A stretch of 64,000 bases of DNA from Candidatus Caldarchaeum sp. (GTDB taxonomy: Archaea > Thermoproteota > Nitrososphaeria_A > Caldarchaeales > Caldarchaeaceae), in assembly GCA_038885755.1 (NCBI GenBank), contig JAVZZH010000001.1, positions 32,001 through 96,000 on the forward strand, read 5' to 3'. Positions within the stretch are counted from its first letter, which is position 1; every line of letters begins with the position of its first letter. Shown here in pieces: positions 47,402-55,126 of the stretch. Position numbers and translations under genes: made by a program. Below the pieces are notes generated by a model, which did no database searches, was not told the origin of the DNA, and saw only the letters and a list, made by a program, of their open reading frames with translations.

Positions 47402-49511
47402 AGAAGACTACGTAAACCCCAGCGGCAGCTACTAGGACAACCGACAAAGCCATCAACACAAAGCCGGTCGTCCTCAGTCCCCCCGCCTCCGCAACCAACT
47501 CACTCAACCTCCTCCCCTCTTCACCAAGACTCCTGTCAAGCTCGGCTCTCCTAGACCGCAGCTGCTCCAGCTGAGCCGCCTCCTCCGAAAGCATCCTAAT
47601 CCTAGCCCTCAACTCCTCGTTAGTCTCAAGAGCCTTCTTAACAGCCTCCTCTACATTTTTCAACTCCATAGCGGTTCTTTCGCTCTCCTGCTTAAGCCTG
47701 CTCAGCGTGGCTGTGAGGCTGGAAATCTCCGCCTGAAGCGACTCCAGTAGTTGCGTCAACCTTTCGTTCTGCTTCATCACACCCTCCGTGTAAGTCTTCG
47801 CCAGCTCTGTCAACGCCATGGCCATGAACGCATAGTCAAAAGACGACGTGAGCTGTGCTCCCAACCCGGTATACTCAAACCTGTCGAGATAGCTGTGCGA
47901 CCGGAAAAGTTCTACAGACCTGTCTGCTAGGGTCTTCGCTATGTTGAGTGCCTCTGTCAGGGTTTTAATGTCGTCCAGCCTCAGACCTGCTCCGGAGACT
48001 GCGTCAACTATGTCCCTGTAGTTCTGCTCGTAGGTCGAAAGAAGTATTGAGATGATGGCTCTGTCTATTGCGTCTAGGTCGAAGATGCTCCAGTAGGTTT
48101 TGACGGGGTAGTATCCTTCTTTTATGGTTCTTCGCTTAACAGCCTCAACCCAAGTAGTGGAGTAGCTCATGTATGTTTCGATGGACATGGTGTAGATCAT
48201 GCTTCTCACGGATCTTCCCGCAACTTCGTCGAAATCATCGTGCGGGTGTCTCAAGCCTAGGACATGACCTATCTCATGCGCAACAGTAGTGGCCAAACCT
48301 TTGTAAAAGAGTAAATAGTATGAAGTGCCCGCTACGGCCACTGCTCCAAATCTCGGGTCTTCTGGGTCGGGTAATGCGATTCCAAGAGCATCATCTTCAG
48401 GGTCTTCCACGTAGACTCTTGTGTCGTAGTCTGTGACGACGACTATTGCTGGCACGTATTGGTAATCTCCCTCTCCGGGCGACAGCTTGTTCGCTCTTTT
48501 CAGCAAGTCATATGCCATGCTCGCTTCGACCAAAGCCTTGTTTCTTGCTTGGTCCAGTGTGATTATGTTCATGAAGCCGGGGACTTCCTCTGCCCTGACA
48601 TATCTAACGGTGAAAGTATACAGGTTGTAAGGGGTGAGAGTTATGAGAGCCTGCTCCACCGCCTCCAAGTCGAACCTATCGACTAGAAGTGCGAAGTTCA
48701 GCCCCGCTCTGGTGGCGTCCACCACCAAAACGTCTACGAGAACCTGAAGATTGTATCTTGGTATGTAGATGGTTGATTTGACGAACTGCATGTCGATTAT
48801 CTCGTCGACGTAGTTTATTAGAAGAGCCAGTCTTTCACGGGAGGTGTTTATGTTTTGGATGGGTGGGTAATCTGCATACAGGCTGAGGGCGCAGAGGTCT
48901 ACGAACACGTATCTGCCGTACCATGTGCCGCCGTACATGTTCAGCAGAATCTCCCCGCCGTATCTTCCCGTTTCAGGAAGCTGTCCAAAAGTATGGTAGA
49001 CGGGTGGTGAGCCCAGAGCCCTTGCTCCGCAGATAAAGAATATCACATGGTCGTCTAAGATGTCGGGGTAGTGTTTTCTAGAAAGGTCGACGAGCATTTT
49101 TAAAGCAGTTGGCGCGTGGATCGAAGCTATGCCGTCTTTGACTCCCTTGGTCTCGAGAAGCTCTCGGGGCGCTCCTAGGTTGAGGCTGCGGAGGTTCTGC
49201 CTAAACTCCTCAAGCTGAGCCAGCCTGAATTCTCTCGCGGAAAGCTGTACATCGAATTCGAAAGGTGCAAAGGTTGACCCATAAAGGTCAAGGGCTGATT
49301 TAGCGGTGTCTCTCACCCCTGCAGAAACAGCTCCTAGCAGTTGGTTGATGTCGCTGGCTCCGAACCATGTGGGGTCGACGTCTATGAAGACGAGCACAAC
49401 GTTGAGCGGTGCTTTGATGGGTAGTACTCGGTAGTCTTGCTGTCCGAAACTTGGTTGGGGGGCGAGAGAGACGAGAATGATGAAGGCTGCGACTAGTGCT
49501 GAGCACTTCAT
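47385..49511 (-). CDS. membrane-anchored metzincin-type zinc protease, paralog B
   Basis: Signal peptide from ATG 49511 (MKCSALVAAF), HEIGHVLGLRH, ETYMSY, coiled coil, C-terminal TM plus RRKL. Confidence 0.85.
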   Translation of the reverse strand: MKCSALVAAFIILVSLAPQPSFGQQDYRVLPIKAPLNVVLVFIDVDPTWFGASDINQLLGAVSAGVRDTAKSALDLYGSTFAPFEFDVQLSAREFRLAQLEEFRQNLRSLNLGAPRELLETKGVKDGIASIHAPTALKMLVDLSRKHYPDILDDHVIFFICGARALGSPPVYHTFGQLPETGRYGGEILLNMYGGTWYGRYVFVDLCALSLYADYPPIQNINTSRERLALLINYVDEIIDMQFVKSTIYIPRYNLQVLVDVLVVDATRAGLNFALLVDRFDLEAVEQALITLTPYNLYTFTVRYVRAEEVPGFMNIITLDQARNKALVEASMAYDLLKRANKLSPGEGDYQYVPAIVVVTDYDTRVYVEDPEDDALGIALPDPEDPRFGAVAVAGTSYYLLFYKGLATTVAHEIGHVLGLRHPHDDFDEVAGRSVRSMIYTMSIETYMSYSTTWVEAVKRRTIKEGYYPVKTYWSIFDLDAIDRAIISILLSTYEQNYRDIVDAVSGAGLRLDDIKTLTEALNIAKTLADRSVELFRSHSYLDRFEYTGLGAQLTSSFDYAFMAMALTELAKTYTEGVMKQNERLTQLLESLQAEISSLTATLSRLKQESERTAMELKNVEEAVKKALETNEELRARIRMLSEEAAQLEQLRSRRAELDRSLGEEGRRLSELVAEAGGLRTTGFVLMALSVVLVAAAGVYVVFFRRKL

Positions 49512-49595
49512 CACAGCCAGAGGCCGCCACCGCCATAAATACTTTGGAGGAATGATGCTGAAAAGATTTAAGAGCGTCGTGGTGCCTGGGTAGGC

Positions 49596-49652
49596 TGCGA
49601 TGATGAGTCTGACCAGGCTGAAGCGATGACTGCGATCTTGAGCTCTGAGCAC
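49596..49652 (+). ncRNA. C/D box guide sRNA
   Basis: C ATGATGA 49600-49606, D' CTGA 49618-49621, C' GCGATGA 49623-49629, D CTGA 49645-49648, TGC/GCA terminal stem, BRE/TATA-like AAAAGATTTAAG at 49561-49572. Confidence 0.85.
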
Positions 49653-49695
49653 GTTTGTGGAAAAGGTAATAGATTGGCCTGGGTTGAGCTTCTTC

Positions 49696-50175
49696 ATGAT
49701 TGCTGACCAGTTGTTGGCGACGGCGGCCGCCTCCGCTGTGTTCGCCGTGGCTGCTGTGGTTTCTAGGTTTGTTATTCGACGCAGGTTTCGGCAGGAGCAT
49801 GGTAAGGTTCTGTACCTTGCTCTGCTGCTTCTCTCAGCGGTCTACGTTGGTTATGTCGCTTATCTCTGGAGGTTTTTCGAGTTCGTGGTGGGTGTGCTGG
49901 CGACGGCCGGGGCCCTTGGGCTTCTGCTGGCGCTTTCCCTCGTTCCATGGGTGATGGACATCTTCTCAGGCATCTCGGTAGTGCTTGACCCTCGGATAAA
50001 CATCGGTAGCGAGGTCGAGGTTGACGGCAAGCGTGGCAAGATCGTAGAAATAACGTTGACCCGTACGGTTGTTTCGGGCGATGAATGTATTATCCTTGTG
50101 CCCAACCGCATGTTCCGAGACTCCGTCGTCGTCGTTTACTCGACGAAGCCGAGGGAGAGATATTTCAAGGCTTAG
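49696..50175 (+). CDS. small mechanosensitive channel MscS-family protein
   Basis: 3 TM segments then DIFSGI, IGSEVEV..GKIVEI..TRT, VPN. Confidence 0.8.
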   Translation: MIADQLLATAAASAVFAVAAVVSRFVIRRRFRQEHGKVLYLALLLLSAVYVGYVAYLWRFFEFVVGVLATAGALGLLLALSLVPWVMDIFSGISVVLDPRINIGSEVEVDGKRGKIVEITLTRTVVSGDECIILVPNRMFRDSVVVVYSTKPRERYFKA

Positions 50176-50179
50176 ACGA

Positions 50180-51400
50180 TTACTCGGAAATGACAGGCTT
50201 GTTATTCAACACTTCTAGAATGCTGTCCAGCTTGGCTGGAACGACGTGAGTATGTCCAACGACTCTGTCAACGACCTCGTCAACCTTGAACCCGGCCCCG
50301 GTGACGCAGCAGACGACTTCGTCGCCTGAGTCGATGACCCCCTCCTCCCTCATTTTCTTGACGGCCGCCACGGTGACAGCGCCTCCCGGTTCTGCGAATA
50401 AACCCGCGTGTCTGCTCAGGAGCTTGATGGCTTCTATGGTTTCCTCGTCCGAAACAGTCTCGCAGGTTCCTCCCGTGCTTCTGGCTATCGAGAGGGCGTA
50501 GTTGCCGTCTCCCGGCGTGCCTATGGCAAGGCTTTTCACGATTGTTTCAGGTTTCTTCACAGGCCTGACCTCGTCCCATCCGGCGGCGAAGGACCTCGAA
50601 ATGGGGGAGCATCCTTCTGGCTGCACTCCGTGGAAAACAGTGTCCGCCGAGTTGAGGACACCGAACATCTCAAGCTCCCTAAGGGCTTTGTGCAGAGCTC
50701 CGAACAAGGCGCCGCTGGCCATGGGTACAACGATGTGCTGGGGAGCCCTCCAGCCGAGGCTCTCGACTATCTCGAACATCATAGTCTTCGACCCCTCGAC
50801 ATAGTAGGGCCTGAGGTTCACATTCACTATTCCAACCTCGCTCCGTTCGACGAGAAGATAAGCAAGCCTGTTGACGTCGTCGTAGGTTCCGTCGACCAGC
50901 ACGACGTTCCCGCCGTAGATAGAGGCTTGCTTGACTTTAGGCAGCTCGACTGTGTCCGGCATGAGTACGAAACCTGTCAACCCCGCAGCCGTTGCGTGGG
51001 CTAGAGTTGCTGAAGCAAGGTTTCCCGTCGAAGCGCAGCCGACTGCTGTTATCCCAAACTCCTTGGCTTTCGAGACGGCTACGGACGCCGGCCTGTCCTT
51101 GAACGAGAACGTCGGGTTGACCGTGTCGTTCTTTATGTACAGGTTCCTGAGCCCTAGCGCCTTTCCCAGCTCGCTAGCTCTTACGAGCGGTGTTCCTCCA
51201 GCTCCTATGTCGACCCTGTGCTGTTTCTCGACGGGCAGAAGCTCCGAATATCTCCAAACACCTCTTACGCCGCTGTACGAAACCCTGTCAACCCAGCCGT
51301 CCTTAAGCTCGTCGTAAACGACGTCGAGGGCGCCGAGACATCTGTCGCAGACGTTTCTAAGCTCGGGGGGGAACTCAGCTTTACAGTTCCTGCAAACCAG
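50180..51400 (-). CDS. thrC: threonine synthase; N-terminus extends 140 codons beyond ORF-track call, start non-canonical
   Basis: Upstream of TTG 50980 the frame reads LVCRNC...CDRC...VWRYSELLP...GGTPL...NPTFSFKDR...CASTGN, including the PLP lysine motif; CTG at 51400 used. Confidence 0.93.
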   Translation of the reverse strand: MVCRNCKAEFPPELRNVCDRCLGALDVVYDELKDGWVDRVSYSGVRGVWRYSELLPVEKQHRVDIGAGGTPLVRASELGKALGLRNLYIKNDTVNPTFSFKDRPASVAVSKAKEFGITAVGCASTGNLASATLAHATAAGLTGFVLMPDTVELPKVKQASIYGGNVVLVDGTYDDVNRLAYLLVERSEVGIVNVNLRPYYVEGSKTMMFEIVESLGWRAPQHIVVPMASGALFGALHKALRELEMFGVLNSADTVFHGVQPEGCSPISRSFAAGWDEVRPVKKPETIVKSLAIGTPGDGNYALSIARSTGGTCETVSDEETIEAIKLLSRHAGLFAEPGGAVTVAAVKKMREEGVIDSGDEVVCCVTGAGFKVDEVVDRVVGHTHVVPAKLDSILEVLNNKPVISE

Positions 51401-51456
51401 CCTTAGCTCCGACCACCTTGGTTTTCAGCGGAACGCGCTGCTTATAAACCTATGCG

Positions 51457-52467
51457 TCAAGCCTCAAGAATAAGCTGAAGGTCGCTGTACCTGATAGTCA
51501 ACCCGAACCTGTCCTCCCTCTCCTTCATATACCTGTAGCAGCGCATCAACAGAGGCATGTGCTTCACCAAGCTCAGCTCACCTCTCTGCTTGAGCTTCAC
51601 CATCCTGTAGACGTCGGCGAACGGCTTGAATTTATGGAGAACCTCTTCAACATATCTGTCCAAGTCTTCGATGTTTTCGACAAACAGCTCAGCGCACTCT
51701 ATGCTCGGAACGATTCCCTCGCCTAGCATCGGATACACCGTGCCCACTGACTCGCCTACGCCGACAACCTTGCCTGAAACAATCGGCTGGCAGAGCTCGG
51801 GCGGAGTTATCCTAATCGCCTTGCCGACTTTCACAACCGCCTCCCCCCAATGCTTCTTGTTAAAAGAATTCACCTCCCTAACTTGGTTGCCATGGATGTC
51901 GCCAGCGCCCAGATAAGCTTCGTTCTCCCCCAGAGGAAAATACCACAGATAACCAGTCCATCCACCGAATATTCTTACGTAAAAGTCGTCGAAAGGCTTG
52001 CCGTTCAAGTACCTCATCCTGTACTCGAAACAGGGCACAACCTCGTCGGCGGAAGGTTTTGGAAGAAGAGCCCTCGTCACACCTGTGGCGTCAACCACCA
52101 AGTCGAACCTCTTCAGCAAGTAATCTAGGTCGGGTGGTGAGCCGTACGCAACGTCCAGCCCTCTCGCCAGCTCCAGCTCTAGACGAGCTTTTTCGTAGGT
52201 GCACAGCCCCTTCAGAGGAATGACCGAAGATTTCCTACCGTTGTCAAGCGTCAGCCTTTCTCCTAAGTGGAGTAAGAAATCGTCGAAGTCAAAGTCAACG
52301 TTTCTGAGAAGCTGTTTCATCACGCTCCTGCTTGTTCCCCAAGCGCAGATCGCTTTGAAGCTCTCTAGGGGCTGTCGCTCAAAACCCTTGACCTCGTATC
52401 CAAGCATGGAAAGCCTCCGCACAAGATAAGAGCCCGCTGCACCTAGACCGACGACGGCTATCTTCAA
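51457..52467 (-). CDS. geranylgeranyl reductase-family FAD oxidoreductase
   Basis: GLGAAG, ICAWG, VDATG, GYLWYFP, VGES.G.VYP.LGEGI. Confidence 0.82.
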   Translation of the reverse strand: MKIAVVGLGAAGSYLVRRLSMLGYEVKGFERQPLESFKAICAWGTSRSVMKQLLRNVDFDFDDFLLHLGERLTLDNGRKSSVIPLKGLCTYEKARLELELARGLDVAYGSPPDLDYLLKRFDLVVDATGVTRALLPKPSADEVVPCFEYRMRYLNGKPFDDFYVRIFGGWTGYLWYFPLGENEAYLGAGDIHGNQVREVNSFNKKHWGEAVVKVGKAIRITPPELCQPIVSGKVVGVGESVGTVYPMLGEGIVPSIECAELFVENIEDLDRYVEEVLHKFKPFADVYRMVKLKQRGELSLVKHMPLLMRCYRYMKEREDRFGLTIRYSDLQLILEA

Positions 52468-52583
52468 GGCTTAACAAGGCTATGTCTTTCGAATACAAAA
52501 ATATTACCCCAGTTAAAAGAAGAAGTATACTGTTTATCCGGACCGCAGCATCCTTAAGTACAGTTGTTCAGAAGCTAAGGTGG

Positions 52584-53099
52584 ATGGTCGACGACATAGC
52601 ATCGGTCATAGAGGATAGCTTGCTAGAATACCTCCACACACCTGTGAAGGTTGTGCTGACCTCCGAGCTGAATCGGCTTGCTTACGCGGGAAAAACCGTC
52701 GAGGACTTGAAGGCAGGGTCCGTCGTGAGCGTCTGGAGATGGGTTGCTGAAGTTCTGGTCTCTTCGGGCTGCGCCGAATACGTCTCAAAGCCCACTCCAT
52801 CCTCACAGTTGATGCAGGTTGAATGGAGGGAGAAAAACAATCCGACGGATCTACAGCCTCTGGCCAAACACTTCTACTTTGAGTGGATGAAGGAGGCTGA
52901 GAGAGGGGATAGGGATGTTGCGCGCAGGCTTACCGACGTCATGACGATGAGGGTAAGCAAGATAGTTGCTCTGGCTGCTAAACGGCTCGACGGAGAGATA
53001 GTTAAAAAACTCACGCCGGAGGAGGAGGTGCTTTACCGGAACGTTTACAGAATAGTGGATGAATGGGTCGGCCGGATGACTGCGGATAAGGGTGGCTAG
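52584..53099 (+). CDS. GINS subunit, Gins23 type
   Basis: B domain first (WRWVAEVL), LQPLAKHFY, RVSKIV, LTPEEE; directly upstream of mcm. Confidence 0.88.
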   Translation: MVDDIASVIEDSLLEYLHTPVKVVLTSELNRLAYAGKTVEDLKAGSVVSVWRWVAEVLVSSGCAEYVSKPTPSSQLMQVEWREKNNPTDLQPLAKHFYFEWMKEAERGDRDVARRLTDVMTMRVSKIVALAAKRLDGEIVKKLTPEEEVLYRNVYRIVDEWVGRMTADKGG

Positions 53100-53101
53100 G
53101 A

Positions 53102-55126
53102 TTGGCGACCATACCCCTTGAAGAGAAGCTGGTGTCTTTCTTCAAGTCTGAGAAATACCGAGAGCTTCTGAGAGAAGCAGCCGTCAGGAAGAAGAGAAGC
53201 ATCCCCGTCGAGTTCAACGACCTGATTAAGTTCGACGAAACCTTCGCACGCAACCTAGTCGCCAGCCCCAACAACTTGCTCGGTGATTTGAACAGAGCTT
53301 GTCTCCGCCAGCTACAGATCGAAGACCCCGAATACGCTGCTTCAGTACCAGTTTTCGCTGCGAGAATCGTATCGCTTCCCACGACCACCCCAATCAGGGA
53401 GGTGAGGTCGGAGCATCTACGTAAGCTTGTGATGGTCGACGGGATGGTCTCGAAAGCTTCCGCGGTGAAGCCGATCCTAAAGAAGGGCGTGTTCCGGTGT
53501 AAGTATTGCGGCACAAACCAGATGGTTGAGCAGTCTTCTCACAGGCTAATCACGCCCGAGGCTTGTCTGGACAAGACATGTCGGGGGAGCAGGCGGCCCA
53601 GTTTCGAGCTCGTGCAGGAGGAGTCCACCTACATAGACTATCAGGTCATCGGGGTGCAGGAGAAGCCTGAGGACCTTCCTCCAGGACAGCTTCCACGGGT
53701 TATAGAGGTAAGGGCTAAGGATGACTTGGTTGACGTGGCTAGGCCCGGCGACAGGGTGATTGTCGTTGGAGTAGTCGACTCGGTTCAGGAGAGGACGGCT
53801 GAAAGCCCTCTAAGAACCTTCAAGATCTATCTCGACGCCGTAAGCATAGAGCCTGCGAGCAAAGAACCTCAGGCCATACACATATCCTCCGAGGACGAGA
53901 AGCTTTTCAAGAAGATGGCTGAAGACCCCTTCATAATCAACAAGCTAGTCGACTCGATAGCTCCCTCGATCTACGGTCTAGACCACATCAAGAAAGCCAT
54001 CCTCCTGCTGCTTGTGGGCGGCAGGTCGAAGACCTTCCCCGACGGCTTGAGGGTGAGAGGGGACATAAACATCCTCTTGGTGGGCGACCCGGGCACCGCC
54101 AAGAGCCAGCTACTCCAGTACGTTGCAGCCATAGCCCCCAGAGGGATCTACACTTCGGGTAGAGGCTCTACGGCCGCTGGGCTGACCGCTGCCGTTCTGC
54201 GTGAAAGGGAGGGCGGCATGGTTCTTGAAGCCGGTGCGATGGTTCTGGCGGACATGGGTGTTTGCTGCATCGACGAGATCGACAAGATGAGGCCTGAGGA
54301 CCGGGTGGCTATTCATGAGGCGATGGCTCAGCAGACCGTGAGCATCGCCAAGGGCGGAATAGTGGCGACGCTGAACGCCCGGACAGCTGTTTTGGCGGCG
54401 GCTAACCCATACCTCGGCAGGTACGATAGCTACAAGCTCTTCACGGAGAACGTCGACCTACCCATAACCATCCTCTCACGGTTCGACCTGATATTCGTGC
54501 TAAAAGACGAGCCCAATTCAGACACGGACAAGAAAATATCCACACACATAGCCGCTCTTCATCAGCTCGGTGAACCCGAGAAAGCACCACCGATACCAGT
54601 GGAGATCTTCCGGAAATACATAGCTTACTCGAAGAGGATTGAACCAGTCATTTCGTCGAAGGCTTTGAAGGTGCTGGAGGAGTTTTATCTCAAGATGAGG
54701 TCGATGTATGAGAAGACATCGACAGTAAGCATAACAGCTCGCCAGTTCGAGTCGCTGATAAGGATGACGGAGGCGCATGCTAGAGCTGCTTTAAAAAGCC
54801 AAGCAGACGAGGTTGACGCAGCTGCAGCCATTTCCCTGATGAAGATCAGCCTCCAGCAGGTGGGGGTTGATGTCGAGACAGGTGTTCCCGACATCGACGT
54901 GATCATGACGGGGAAGCCGAAGAGCCTCAGGGATAAGTTTAGGCTTGTCGTCGAAACGATAAAGAAGTTCGAGGAAAAGAGCGGTTATGCTTCTGAGCAG
55001 GAGCTAAGGAGTGCACTTCTTCAGGAGGGTCTTTCGGATGACGACATAACAAGGCTGATTACACGGCTTATCAGCGCGGGCATGGTCTTCATGCCGAGGA
55101 CGGGTGCTTACAAGACGACAAAATGA
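53102..55126 (+). CDS. mcm: MCM replicative helicase
   Basis: GDPGTAKSQ, IDEIDKM, SRFD, zinc finger; no intein. Confidence 0.98.
   Translation: MATIPLEEKLVSFFKSEKYRELLREAAVRKKRSIPVEFNDLIKFDETFARNLVASPNNLLGDLNRACLRQLQIEDPEYAASVPVFAARIVSLPTTTPIREVRSEHLRKLVMVDGMVSKASAVKPILKKGVFRCKYCGTNQMVEQSSHRLITPEACLDKTCRGSRRPSFELVQEESTYIDYQVIGVQEKPEDLPPGQLPRVIEVRAKDDLVDVARPGDRVIVVGVVDSVQERTAESPLRTFKIYLDAVSIEPASKEPQAIHISSEDEKLFKKMAEDPFIINKLVDSIAPSIYGLDHIKKAILLLLVGGRSKTFPDGLRVRGDINILLVGDPGTAKSQLLQYVAAIAPRGIYTSGRGSTAAGLTAAVLREREGGMVLEAGAMVLADMGVCCIDEIDKMRPEDRVAIHEAMAQQTVSIAKGGIVATLNARTAVLAAANPYLGRYDSYKLFTENVDLPITILSRFDLIFVLKDEPNSDTDKKISTHIAALHQLGEPEKAPPIPVEIFRKYIAYSKRIEPVISSKALKVLEEFYLKMRSMYEKTSTVSITARQFESLIRMTEAHARAALKSQADEVDAAAAISLMKISLQQVGVDVETGVPDIDVIMTGKPKSLRDKFRLVVETIKKFEEKSGYASEQELRSALLQEGLSDDDITRLITRLISAGMVFMPRTGAYKTTK

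Noticed and set aside
49512-49697. 62-aa N-terminal extension of protease B in the ORF track
   Set aside because: Signal peptide begins at 49511, and the extension overlaps the C/D sRNA and its promoter
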